Shown piece after piece: positions 53,831 to 64,000 of a stretch of 64,000 nucleotides of DNA; the stretch's first letter is position 1; the number at the start of each line of letters is the position of its first letter. Location: contig CAVOHZ010000001.1 in assembly GCA_963695855.1 (NCBI GenBank), positions 1 through 64,000 of the forward strand, written 5' to 3'. The stretch is from an uncultured Nitrososphaerales archaeon (GTDB taxonomy: Archaea > Thermoproteota > Nitrososphaeria > Nitrososphaerales > Nitrososphaeraceae). A model generated the notes under the pieces. That model made no database searches, was not told the origin of the DNA, and was given only the letters and a program-made list of their open reading frames with translations. The translations under genes and the position numbers were made by a program.

Positions 53831-54910
53831 TTACTTTCCGTGGTTATTTGAATACGTGTCTATTATTGTCTTTAATTTATGTATTCCATATCCACTCATC
53901 GAAGATATTGCTATTGGATTTGAAATTCTTAAATCTTTTATAATCTCCTCAATTTTATCTGTATTAACCCTGTCTAATTTAGTTAATAGTATTAGAACTT
54001 TTGATTTATCCACATTTAGCTCATTTAGAACTTCACGACAGCTATTATACTTTATTCTGATATCTTCTATTTTCTCTGACGAATCAATTAAAAGTAAAAT
54101 CAGATCCGCGGCAATGGATTCCTCTAATGTTGATTTAAACGCGTCGATCATATAATGAGGTAATCTGCTAATAAAGCCAATTGTGTCTGTAAGCAACAAT
54201 CCTTTATCGTTTATTTTAAATGATCTTGTCGTAGTTGTTAGTGTTGTGAATAAATTATTTGATATTTCCTTGTTTTGATCTGTTAACAGATTGAATAATG
54301 AAGTTTTTCCAGAACTTGTATATCCTACCAGAGAAATAACTGGCATTTTACTTTTCAATCTTTGTTGATGATAAAGTTCTCTTTTTCGTTTTGCATTATC
54401 TAATTTTTCTTTGATAAACGAAGCCCGTCTTTTTAGATCTCTAAACTTTACATCGACTACGTACTCACCCATTCCGCCTTTTCCCGCTCGTTCAGTTCCT
54501 GAAGAAATCCTTGCGCTTTCTCGGACTCGAGGCATTTCGTATTTAATTTCAGCAAGTTGAATCTGCAATTTTGATTCATTCGTAGTAGCTTTAGAATAAA
54601 ATATGTTAAGTATTAATCGCTCTCTATCGATTACATTTGTATTTGTATGATCCTCTAGATTGTATGTCTGTTTAGAAGTCAATCGCTCATCAACAATTAT
54701 TTGATCCGCTCCTGATTCTTTGACTAAATTTTTAATTTCATCTGCTTTACCAGAACCCAGACCAAATTTAGAGTGGTTTAAAAATTTATGAGTAACCACT
54801 TTCACAATTTTATATTTTTTTTCTGCAAATGAAGATTCTATTAGACTTTTAGCTTCTTGTAATCTAAAATTATCTGGATACGATACTAGTACTACTTTGG
54901 TAAGGCTCAA
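53831..54910 (-). CDS. hflX: GTPase HflX
   Basis: GSGKADE, IDRERLILNIF, VGYTSSGKTSL, LFTTL, DTIGFI, TKLD. Confidence 0.93.
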   Translation of the reverse strand: MSLTKVVLVSYPDNFRLQEAKSLIESSFAEKKYKIVKVVTHKFLNHSKFGLGSGKADEIKNLVKESGADQIIVDERLTSKQTYNLEDHTNTNVIDRERLILNIFYSKATTNESKLQIQLAEIKYEMPRVRESARISSGTERAGKGGMGEYVVDVKFRDLKRRASFIKEKLDNAKRKRELYHQQRLKSKMPVISLVGYTSSGKTSLFNLLTDQNKEISNNLFTTLTTTTRSFKINDKGLLLTDTIGFISRLPHYMIDAFKSTLEESIAADLILLLIDSSEKIEDIRIKYNSCREVLNELNVDKSKVLILLTKLDRVNTDKIEEIIKDLRISNPIAISSMSGYGIHKLKTIIDTYSNNHGK

Positions 54911-54913
54911 AAA

Positions 54914-55090
54914 TTATGACAAATCCGTATAATCTGGGGAATTATATTTATTCTCATGTCCCCTTGAACAGGTATAAAGAGTATCAGTATTTGTATTAGC
55001 TGATTTGTAAGAATCAGTACTACCTTCAGGGACATAAAGTCCTGGAAAAACCTGGCCACAGGTTTTGCATTTTAACATAAGCATCGGCAT
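54914..55090 (-). CDS. Small zinc-ribbon protein, 58 aa (below the ORF-track cut-off)
   Basis: MPMLMLKCKTCGQVFPGLYVPEG...YTCSRGHENKYNSPDYTDLS; CxxC...CxxGH; stop 3 nt before the hflX start. Confidence 0.75.
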   Translation of the reverse strand: MPMLMLKCKTCGQVFPGLYVPEGSTDSYKSANTNTDTLYTCSRGHENKYNSPDYTDLS

Positions 55091-56220
55091 TTTTTTTCGT
55101 TATCCTATACCTTATAATAGGCGTTCCACATTATTATACTTATATCAAAATACATTACCTGAAAATAGGAAATTAAATACACTAGAGCTGAATTTAAATA
55201 AATGCATCAATTAACCATGTTTTCTGATAAAATGTCCGCAACAGTCAGACCTGACTGCTAGAAGAAGATTTTTCTAGATATATTTTCTGGTTTGTTTATT
55301 TGAAATAATATTCCAAAAATGAATTTTTTAGATTAAATAAGAGAATTGAATTCATAAGTAAAGGTCTCGTTTCAAATGCTATACCTGATGGCTTATTCTA
55401 GATTATAAACCATACGGATTTACAATATCATATTTTAGTTTGCCATATTCGATGACCGTGAAGGAATAAGTTCACTATATAACAAAATAAATAGTATATG
55501 ACAGATATGCAAAATTGATATTATATTACTTCCTATAAATAACAAATTGCCTATCAATATAAATATACTTTCTATCTGCTTGAATGCCCCAAAGGTAGAG
55601 AATTATTTAATATTCAATTTATAAGGAACATTTTAAGAGTAAATAATGATTGATACCAACATGATGTTATCTGGGTATGAATCCTTTGTAATTAGAACTC
55701 TTTGAAATAGGTTGTTTTCACTACTGTTACTGCAATTATAGTAGGTTGTACAAGCATCAGAAGGCAAGAAAAGGATTGTGACTAAATCATTTACTATAAA
55801 TATTACAAGTATTGAACCATGCAGAAAATACAAACTCAATCCAGATGAATCTCATAATTGCAAGCACTAATTTATGGAATGTTTTAAGATAATACTGCCA
55901 GGTTCCGGTCAGGAGAACACAATAAACAAGAACAAGGAAGAAGAGATTGAATTTCGAAAGATGATGCGTAGATAAAAAACAATATAATAGATAACAAATA
56001 ATAGCAAAACGTCAAAAGGATTACTTATAATGGTTTCCAGTTCACTCTGTTGTAAAGAACGGTGTTGCAGGGCACTCTATAGCTAAAGAAGGCTAAACGG
56101 AAATGAAAGTAACACTATACAGATAGATTTTCATATATTTAGAGATAATATCTTTTCTGGTATTCAATTATTTCTATAACAGTTATAAGGATAATACAAA
56201 ACAATCTTAGTGTTGGACAT

Positions 56221-56379
56221 TTGATTAAGTGGAGTTATATCATTACGTGTAAAAAATGTGGCCATATTTCTATGGAAAAGCTATCTAAGGAAAAAGCAAA
56301 GGAACTTTTACATGCTCACATTGGGGGTTCACATAACTGTACATCAGGTGACATTGAACTAATGAAGGTACGAACCTAA
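56221..56379 (+). CDS. Small zinc-finger-like protein, 52 aa (below the ORF-track cut-off)
   Basis: TTG start; MIKWSYIITCKKCGHISMEKLSKEKAKELLHAHIGGSHNCTSGDIELMKVRT. Confidence 0.65.
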   Translation: MIKWSYIITCKKCGHISMEKLSKEKAKELLHAHIGGSHNCTSGDIELMKVRT

Positions 56380-56579
56380 ATTTCCTGCAGATCTTGTACT
56401 TTTTTATACAACATTTTTACACATTCAGAGTAGGTCCTATACTTAAATTTGATTTCTTGAATAGATGCATCTTTGCTTAGTCGATCTTTTGAAGTATCAA
56501 TGGTGTATTTTTTAGCAATGTCATCGAGAATTGTGTTTACAGTTGAATTTTGATACGATTCTATGATAAGACTTGACAT
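56376..56579 (-). CDS. Small hypothetical protein, 67 aa
   Basis: ATG ORF convergent with 56221-56379, 4-bp overlap at the stops. Confidence 0.55.
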   Translation of the reverse strand: MSSLIIESYQNSTVNTILDDIAKKYTIDTSKDRLSKDASIQEIKFKYRTYSECVKMLYKKVQDLQEI

Positions 56580-57178
56580 AATATATAATTTCCTCCATTG
56601 TAGATATATTACTGTATTTATTTCAATTTCTCTTTATATTTTTAATCATATCCTTGGAATGACTAGGTTAATGAAATAATAGACAAGATATTATTCTTTA
56701 AATATGTTTATTACTCGATTTTAAGCGAATTTTTTATTTTTAGTTAGTAGATTCCCTTAAGTAAACACAGCTATGGTAATATTCAAATGGTCGAATCAGC
56801 AGATTTAATGCTTGTTTCATACAATCAATTTAGGTTGTATATAAAGAAAAATTATATTCGTCGAACAGCTTGATAATATTAATAGTATCCGGATGCCAAT
56901 TTGACATATTATTAATAAATCACTAGACAAATTGTAACAACTCTATTATGATTTAGATAGATAATTACTTTTATAACTGCGATTATAATCAATTGGGGAA
57001 ATATAATACAGATAAGTAAAATAAAAATAAAAAATAGTAATAGAAGAACCGAATCAAAAGTTAAAATTGAATTATTTACAAACACGTTTGTAAATATTAT
57101 AAGATTAAACAAGCTAAATTAAATAAATTTCTAAAAGATAGATACTATAAATATAGTATCAAATATAATATATATATT

Positions 57179-57388
57179 ATGTCAGACAATTCAGACGAAA
57201 TAAAAGAAGAAGAATTTAGAATATTGTATATTAACGAATTACGTAGCAAACACTCTTTGTATGAAGATAAATTAGAAGAAGAATTTAGAAGGGTTAAACA
57301 ACAAATTATGAAAACTCCAGGACGAAAGGGTGAACAAATAAAACTGGAAGAAATAAATAATGAGATTCTTAGAAGGTTGTCTAAATAA
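57179..57388 (+). CDS. Small charged coiled-coil protein, 69 aa
   Basis: Internal duplication EEEFR x2 (AGAAGAAGAATTTAGAA twice). Confidence 0.6.
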   Translation: MSDNSDEIKEEEFRILYINELRSKHSLYEDKLEEEFRRVKQQIMKTPGRKGEQIKLEEINNEILRRLSK

Positions 57389-58641
57389 TTAAGCGGGCAA
57401 AATCTAACATTAACATCTACGTGTAAATAAAACAACAAAATACCAGTATACCAATGGTATTTGATTCTCTGGTATAACATAATGAAATAATGCCAAAAAG
57501 TGGCTATAATTAAATCTAATTATATGGGTTAGTGGCCTCTATTTTATAGATTGAGTAATGCTGGCATTACAATTTCGGAATCAACCATAAAAGTAAAATG
57601 GTCACAAAGTATCTATAAACATCGTATAAAAATTTATTTTTATAGCCATTTTCTTTTTTTATTTTATTTATTTACAAACTAACCTATTCACAGAAAGAAA
57701 ATGTTGCGATTTGATAAAAATGAATAATAAATAAGATTTTTCTTATGTTAAGAGCATAAAATATATTTAGATTTCACATATTATCATTTAAAATATGAAT
57801 CTATCAAGATAGGATCGAAATTACGTTTAAAATTTGAATTATTTCAACATATAAATCATTATACATCTTCATGAATAAATTTTGTTTCATATAGTTATTT
57901 ATTACCTACTGTAATAAGTTATGATCGAATTCGGGTGGGCCTGTAATGCGTTAATTCCTAATTTGTAACCCATAAGATATCAAATACATATCAAGTCTTG
58001 ATTGTAATACAATGTTCTTATTTGCTGGATTCTATTTTGGAAAATAATTTCTTTGAAGAGATATTTTCGTGTTATAACAGAATTTACAAAAGTAACATGC
58101 TGTAATTAAATCGTCACAATAGTTTTCATGACGATGAATTAAAGAAACAGATATATTTGTAAAATGCATTTAAAACATACAAATTATACCACTTAGCATA
58201 TATTTTCTAATCAATTCGTTTTTGGAATACTTTATAGTAGTTTAACATTACTATAATTAAATACGATAGCAAATATTTTTTCCTGCTTATATGATATTAT
58301 AAGTAAATAGGATTAGAGAATATAGGCTAATTGGTATAATAGATAATTAATAATTCTAATTTTAAATTTAATCCTCAGGTGGGTTTCCAGGGTGTTAGAA
58401 GTTCTGTCAATAACATTTAAAATTTTTTTTAACATTCTAGTGAATTACTGGATCTTTTGTTCCTTCAACTATTCAGCAAATGATGTCTTTTTTGGTTTCT
58501 CTTAATATTTATTTGGACATTGATAATAATAGTGATATCAGGAATATTACCGGTGTACAAAATTCAATTTAATTTATATAAACATTAAATAAATATAGCA
58601 TTTACAGCAGTCAAATATATCGTGCGGGGTTAGTCATTATA

Positions 58642-60495
58642 TTAAAGATAACCAAAAGCTTGATCTTTTGCTCTTTTGAGTCGAAGAATAGTTTCAAAGA
58701 TCTCCTTTTCCTCTTCGTTCAATCTGTGTTCAAACCTCTCTAACAAAAGTTTGGCCTGTTTACTTGAAAGATCAGTTAAAAATATTTCACCTTCGTTTAT
58801 CTGTCTTCCTATGGTAGGTCCTCGAATCGAAACCGCAACCTGCATTCCCTTTGTAGCTTCGTCAAGATTCTTGCCCTTATCTTGAATTTGGTGAATCGTC
58901 CCTATTTTTGCACCATCCTCATTTATAACGTTAATTTTTTGTCTTAATTTCCCCACAAGAATTTCAGCTCCAAATACTGCAGGATCGTTTCGTCGGAACA
59001 CAAATCCTTTCATGAACTGGAATTTACATATTGGAGGTATTTCATTAAATATTATTGAATCAGCATGACCTCTCTGGTACTGAACCCAGTCAGTATACGA
59101 TCTAACTAGATTATATATTATATTTTCATTAAAAATGGTAACATTTCTTTCAAAAGCCTCTTTAGTCGCATCTTCCAGAACTTTAACATTGAACCCCAAG
59201 ATCACACCTAGATATCGATCCTTTTCTTTAACCGCATAGGATGAAAGAACATCTCTCCTTGTAATATTACCGATATCCGCAGTCTGGATTGGAATATGTT
59301 CCTTTTTAAGCATATCAATTATAGCTTCAAGAGAACCAAGTGTATCGCATTTTAAAATCACGCCGTTAGAGTCTGTATTGCTAATGAATGTTCCCTTTAC
59401 CTCAGATTCTATTAATAACCTTATTGTTTCCTCCTCGCTTTTACTATTTACAACATAGATAGGAGTACCTGCAAGAACTCCATCAAGGTCTGGAGAGACA
59501 ATTTTCAATCCTGCCGCAGAGACAACTTCGTCGACGGATCTAAATTTATCGCGGGGATCCCTCATTTCATCGAGTGGTTTTGGAAGAAGTAATGCTTTTA
59601 ATTTTGTTACTACAATCTCATCTCGTTTAGAAACCATAACCATGTCACCCTGTCTTAAAGTACCATCCAACAGAATTATGTTGGCAGATGGTCCTAAGCC
59701 TGTTTCCTCTTTGACTTCAAGAACTATTCCCCTTACTTGATCAGATCGTCGTTCTAATCTTTTTTTCATATATTGCTGGGTTAGTCCAACCAATACCGTC
59801 AAGAGTTCTGGTATCCCAACACCAGTAACAGCACTCATAGGAACTATTGCAAGTTCCTTATCAAACTCTTTTACTCTCCAGAATGCCTCAGAAGTATATC
59901 CTAACCTCGAAAGAGATCCTACAACTGTGTAAATTTTTTCATCTAATTGTGTAAGAATATTCGCGTCTTGATCTTTTATCTCTTCAGTAATGAATGGTAA
60001 TTTGATATCTTTATTACCATAACGGGCGCTAGCGGCTGTTTTTTTTGAAATTTTTTTTCTTACTCCTCCTAATGCTCTCCATCCTGATATCATGTCGATT
60101 TTATTTAGCGCTACAACGAACGGAACTTTTCTTTTCTTTAAAATCTCGATACTTTCCAGCGTTTGAGGTTCAAAACCTTTATTCACATCTGCTACGACAA
60201 TAGCTATATCTGCAGCGGAACCCCCTCTGCTTCGAAGATTTGCAAAGACCTCATGTCCAGGAGTATCGATAAATAAAAGACCAGGAATCTTTTCATCGGC
60301 TTTGGCAATTTTCTCATATAGAATTCCTGTTATTTTTTTTATCGTTTCAATTGGAAAAAAACTGGCGCCAATGTGTTGTGTGATTCCCCCTGCCTCTCTA
60401 GCTTGGACTCCTGTTCCTCTAATTTTATCTAGCAATGAGGTCTTTCCTGAGTCGACGTGACCCAAAACTACAACAACGGGCTGTCTTAAATTCAC
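58642..60495 (-). CDS. infB: Translation initiation factor aIF5B (IF-2)
   Basis: LRQPVVVVLGHVDSGKT, EAGGITQHIGA, IDTPGHE, NKID. Confidence 0.97.
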   Translation of the reverse strand: MNLRQPVVVVLGHVDSGKTSLLDKIRGTGVQAREAGGITQHIGASFFPIETIKKITGILYEKIAKADEKIPGLLFIDTPGHEVFANLRSRGGSAADIAIVVADVNKGFEPQTLESIEILKKRKVPFVVALNKIDMISGWRALGGVRKKISKKTAASARYGNKDIKLPFITEEIKDQDANILTQLDEKIYTVVGSLSRLGYTSEAFWRVKEFDKELAIVPMSAVTGVGIPELLTVLVGLTQQYMKKRLERRSDQVRGIVLEVKEETGLGPSANIILLDGTLRQGDMVMVSKRDEIVVTKLKALLLPKPLDEMRDPRDKFRSVDEVVSAAGLKIVSPDLDGVLAGTPIYVVNSKSEEETIRLLIESEVKGTFISNTDSNGVILKCDTLGSLEAIIDMLKKEHIPIQTADIGNITRRDVLSSYAVKEKDRYLGVILGFNVKVLEDATKEAFERNVTIFNENIIYNLVRSYTDWVQYQRGHADSIIFNEIPPICKFQFMKGFVFRRNDPAVFGAEILVGKLRQKINVINEDGAKIGTIHQIQDKGKNLDEATKGMQVAVSIRGPTIGRQINEGEIFLTDLSSKQAKLLLERFEHRLNEEEKEIFETILRLKRAKDQAFGYL

Positions 60496-60917
60496 TTAGG
60501 TATACTACTATCAAAAATGACTTGCGACTCTTTTATGAAGCTTTCATAAGAGTCTGACGCGTGTATAATATTATCAGTTACTCCCAGACCATAATCACCA
60601 CGAATAGTACCTGGTTGGGCATCAAAAGATCTAGTAGAACCGATCATAAGTCTAACAGTGTTTATAGCGTTTTCACCTTCCAAAATGCAAGATACCACTG
60701 TGGATGATGAAATAAAAGCGACAAGGTCGCCGAAAAATGGTTTATTTTTGTGTGCAGAATAAAACTCTTCTGCTCTCTCCTTTGTAAAATTGAAAGTTTT
60801 TAGTTCCTTTATAACAAAACCCTTATCTTCAAATCGTGACAGGATTTTTCCAGTCAATTTTCTGGAAAAGGCATCTGGTTTAATAACAATTAAGGTCTGT
60901 TCAGACATCAAATTCAT
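60492..60917 (-). CDS. ndk: Nucleoside diphosphate kinase
   Basis: IKPDA, PGTIRGDYG, NIIHASDS. Confidence 0.96.
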   Translation of the reverse strand: MNLMSEQTLIVIKPDAFSRKLTGKILSRFEDKGFVIKELKTFNFTKERAEEFYSAHKNKPFFGDLVAFISSSTVVSCILEGENAINTVRLMIGSTRSFDAQPGTIRGDYGLGVTDNIIHASDSYESFIKESQVIFDSSIPK

Positions 60918-61002
60918 CTCTCTATTTTGATCATTATTATTTTTTTGAAACTCTGCTTTATTTTTTCCTTTAATGATAATAGATATTTGTTTAGCTATTC
61001 GG

Positions 61003-61218
61003 TTATCCTTTAGCGGCTTTTAACCCGCCTTTTACGTATTTCTTTGTCCATTTGAATTTCCTAGGATCTCTTTTTAGGATTCTAAGATTTTTTTTACATT
61101 TATTTGAACAGGTCCATTGAATCGAGCCATCATTTTTGACTAGCATAATACCAGTTCCAGACTGAATACGTTCACCACAGAAGAAGCAATTACGTAAAGA
61201 TGCAGCTGTTCTACTCAT
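61003..61218 (-). CDS. rpl24e: 50S ribosomal protein L24e
   Basis: CFFCG..I..GTGIMLVKNDG...CSNKC...PRKFKWT. Confidence 0.95.
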   Translation of the reverse strand: MSRTAASLRNCFFCGERIQSGTGIMLVKNDGSIQWTCSNKCKKNLRILKRDPRKFKWTKKYVKGGLKAAKG

Positions 61219-61287
61219 TTTTAGTTACCTAAAACACAATGTAGCTGTTTATAATTTAATAACGTTACGTTTCCACCGCTTTTCTTA

Positions 61288-61503
61288 TTACTTGATCTTT
61301 CTTGCCTCGCGTTCGGTTTCTCGGAGTATAAGAACGTCGTTCATGCGAACTGCGCCTTTTACATTTCTCGTCAGTATCCTTCCCTTGTCTTTTCCGTCTA
61401 ATACCTTTACTCTGACCTGAATTACCTCTCCAGCAATTCCAGTCCTACCAACAATCTGAATAACTTCGGCAGGAACAATCCTTTCTTCCATAGTCTTACT
61501 CAT
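61288..61503 (-). CDS. rps28e: 30S ribosomal protein S28e
   Basis: [37 protein letters not shown]. Confidence 0.96.
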   Translation of the reverse strand: MSKTMEERIVPAEVIQIVGRTGIAGEVIQVRVKVLDGKDKGRILTRNVKGAVRMNDVLILRETEREARKIK

Positions 61504-61528
61504 AGATCATTTTTCACCTCAGAACTAA

Positions 61529-61927
61529 CTATGGTTGTTGCTGTTCTTTATCTGATTTGGGATTCTGATTCTTTAAAGCGTTAATTATTTCGTCAACAAT
61601 ATGTTGAGAATCACCCGCATCTATTATCGTTGCCGCAGCAGAGCCTACAGAAATTCCAAGAGATTCACCCAGTTGCTGTTTACTTGGCACAAAAACATAA
61701 GGTGTATTTCTTTCTTCACATATAATTGGAAGATGAGCAACAACTTCCGGTGGTTCGACATCCTCTGCTATGACGGCCAATTTGCTTACTCCACGTTCGA
61801 TAGCTTTAGTTGTTTCATTTGTTCCTTTTCTCACTTTTCCACTTTCCTTAGAAACTCTAACTGCCTCGTAAATAGCCGTTACCAAATCCTTTGGAACTTG
61901 AAATTTAACATAATACGGTTTACTCAT
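61529..61927 (-). CDS. rpl7ae: 50S ribosomal protein L7Ae
   Basis: KGTNETTKAIERG, IAEDVEPPEVVAHLP. Confidence 0.96.
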   Translation of the reverse strand: MSKPYYVKFQVPKDLVTAIYEAVRVSKESGKVRKGTNETTKAIERGVSKLAVIAEDVEPPEVVAHLPIICEERNTPYVFVPSKQQLGESLGISVGSAAATIIDAGDSQHIVDEIINALKNQNPKSDKEQQQP

Positions 61928-62386
61928 TAGTTAATATCACCCTTTGGGATCATCCATCTTTCTACAAAATATAGCATATTAAAACGTTACCTCAATCGGA
62001 ATTCTTTTGAATATTCGTTTATAGATACAAAAGTTTTGATAATTTTTAAATCATTCATTCCATTTCCTATAAAAAAGATTCTTTTCCGGCACACATTAAT
62101 TCCTTTTTTACAAACTAATTCTAAATAATAATATGCTGATCAAAAATTGATATATAGTTAAAAATAAAATTTCAATGCACATTATAAAATAAGAATATTT
62201 TTTGTATACGATCATTGAAGCTAAAACTAATATAATAGATTGATTAATATTTAAAGAAATTTGAAACAAACTATAAAGTTGTATCCAGAATATGGAAAAC
62301 CCTCGAAATATTCTCAAGTATAAACAAGGATGTGTATTATTTGAAACCACAATCGGTTATTCATATTGAGTAAGGAGAAGATTTAG

Positions 62387-62584
62387 ATGAAACGTGGATC
62401 AACCGGTCATAGCACTAAACTAAAGCCGGGTCCAAAAAAGGGCAGAAAAGATTACGACCATAACAATCCAGTTAGAAGATGTAGTGTTTGTTATACTTTG
62501 TCAGGTTGGCATTGTTATGACTGCGATAAAGATTATTGTGGTCAACATTATCAGGCACACAAAAATAACAATCAATGCAAATAG
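62387..62584 (+). CDS. Small basic protein with a B-box/AN1-like zinc finger
   Basis: CSVC...WHCYDCDKDYCGQHYQAH...C after a Lys/Gly-rich tail. Confidence 0.7.
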   Translation: MKRGSTGHSTKLKPGPKKGRKDYDHNNPVRRCSVCYTLSGWHCYDCDKDYCGQHYQAHKNNNQCK

Positions 62585-63011
62585 AGAGAAATTTTGATAT
62601 TACTGAAGTCAGATATTGTATTGTAATTTAGCAGAGTTACCCTTAAAAGAAAATGATTACCAATAAAAGAACATCTTTCAGAAAATAAATGCACAGATTA
62701 ATGAATACATTTGATGTTTGGACAGGATTAGTTTGATTCTATTTACCGCCACCAGAAACCTGTATCAAAATCTTTGTACCTCTCTAAAATGGATACACCT
62801 TCCAGACTGTTGTCCGTAAGAAGTAAATCCTTCTCTCCTCTTCAGAGCATTGATCGTTTTATCTCCAACAGACCCAACAATAGTAGTAAGTTTGATTGCC
62901 TCCATCCTATCTCTTAACAGTTCATAGACAATTTTTGTTGTTGTTTTGTTGTCGGTCCAAGCATTTTATAACACAAGTCTAACTACATGAAATATATATT
63001 GACAATATCTC

Positions 63012-63437
63012 TTGGCAATTTATTTAAATACTACAAATAATAAACTGACATCGTTGAAAATATTTTTGTGGCTAATTTTTTTGGTTATTAATATCCTCTT
63101 GATTACTTTACAAGTGCCTGTATATGGAGAACTTAATGCTACTGTTACTCCTAATTGTGGACCAATAGAAGGTTTTAATATTGTTTTGGAAACTGGAGGA
63201 TTTTTGCCTAATAGCAATGTACACTGGGATTTGATTAATGCAGAAGACAATTCTACTGGTCTTTCTGGATATTTTAATACAAATGGCACAGGAGGTTTTG
63301 AAGAACCTACTTTTGCTGATGACCTTCCTCCTGGAAAATATATAATAAATTTCTTCAATGATATTAATAATGATGAGAAAGTTGATTCTGGAAGAGCAGT
63401 AATATTCACAAATCTATCTATACCATGTGTTAATTGA
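63012..63437 (+). CDS. Exported Ig-like beta-sandwich protein
   Basis: Signal/TM segment, VTPNCGP, GGFLPNS, TNGTGGF, LPPGKY, terminal IPC. Confidence 0.7.
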   Translation: MAIYLNTTNNKLTSLKIFLWLIFLVINILLITLQVPVYGELNATVTPNCGPIEGFNIVLETGGFLPNSNVHWDLINAEDNSTGLSGYFNTNGTGGFEEPTFADDLPPGKYIINFFNDINNDEKVDSGRAVIFTNLSIPCVN

Positions 63438-63461
63438 ATACAATGGAGATAATAAATTCAG

Positions 63462-64000
63462 ATGATGAGAAAAATGAAAGTTAGAAATTTTAAATTTATC
63501 ATTGAAAGCAATATCATCATGATAACAATGGCATCATCGTTGTTATTCATTTTTGGAATTTTGGTAAACATTCCTCAATCTTATTCAGTTACGCCTGATT
63601 TTAACTTTGCAGCAGTCGGTGACTGGGGTTGTAATTCAAATACTGATGCAACCGCAAAGGGAATAGCAAGTGAAAGTAATAAAAACAAACTAGGCTCTCC
63701 AGAACTAGTGTTAGGTTTGGGAGATTATTCCTATCAACCTACAGCCGGCTGTTGGTTGACCAAAGTAGGAAATATTGATGATAACATGAAAATTGCTGTT
63801 GGCAATCATGAAAGTACTACCAAGTTAGGATTTAATCAATACATGCAAAAATTCCATTTTCCATCTAATGCATATTATTCATTCGATTATCAGAATGTTC
63901 ATTTCATTGTCATGAATACGGAAACATCTTACTCGCCAAATTCATCTCAATATAAATTTGTAAAAAGTGATCTAGCAAAGGCGATTAATGGGAAAAATAC
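63462..64000 (+). CDS. Exported metallophosphoesterase (purple acid phosphatase-like), partial
   Basis: Manual translation: signal region then FAAVGDWG, LGLGDYSY, AVGNHE, YYSFDYQNVHFIVMNTE; runs off the window end. Confidence 0.88.
   Translation, partial: MMRKMKVRNFKFIIESNIIMITMASSLLFIFGILVNIPQSYSVTPDFNFAAVGDWGCNSNTDATAKGIASESNKNKLGSPELVLGLGDYSYQPTAGCWLTKVGNIDDNMKIAVGNHESTTKLGFNQYMQKFHFPSNAYYSFDYQNVHFIVMNTETSYSPNSSQYKFVKSDLAKAINGKN

Noticed and set aside
62640-62965. Possible degraded transposase remnant on the minus strand
   Set aside because: Composition is suggestive, but no TIR, TSD or DDE motif could be identified.
6921-63409. Numerous antisense or shadow ORFs in the track (e.g. 6921, 7273, 7802, 9260, 11312, 12379, 24788, 38658, 53856, 58676, 61601, 63020)
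   Set aside because: They overlap well-supported genes on the opposite strand and have no motifs.
1-64000. CRISPR array, cas genes, rRNA, provirus or integrase
   Set aside because: No regularly spaced repeat-spacer array, rRNA-like tract or viral/integrase motifs seen.

Overview
This is an AT-rich archaeal chromosome segment. Gene content (Alba, archease, aIF5B-ndk-L24e-S28e-L7Ae, many cupredoxins, RHH-type regulators, BNR fragments) points by inference to an ammonia-oxidising Nitrososphaeraceae member, most like Ca. Nitrosocosmicus. The first ~28 kb is accessory. It holds a decayed uvdE, two nested IS5-family pairs, a copper-protein locus, a pspA/pspAA/pspAB/htrA stress cluster and several duplicated or decaying genes. 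The region from ~28 to 46 kb and 58.6 to 62 kb is mostly housekeeping (ilvE, sugar-nucleotide genes, argH, sdhACDB, hisS, trxA, infB, r-proteins), with hflX at 54 kb. Two observations stand out. (1) A tandem pair of small-laccase-like two-domain multicopper proteins has lost complementary copper ligands, so a complete trinuclear site could form only in a hetero-oligomer; the second subunit is fused to an extra blue-copper domain and a His-rich beta-propeller. (2) A tRNA-Gln(UUG) carries a 25-nt intron at the very unusual position 10/11, with a bulge-helix motif and a leader copy of the acceptor strand. All calls come from reading motifs by eye; no searches were run.
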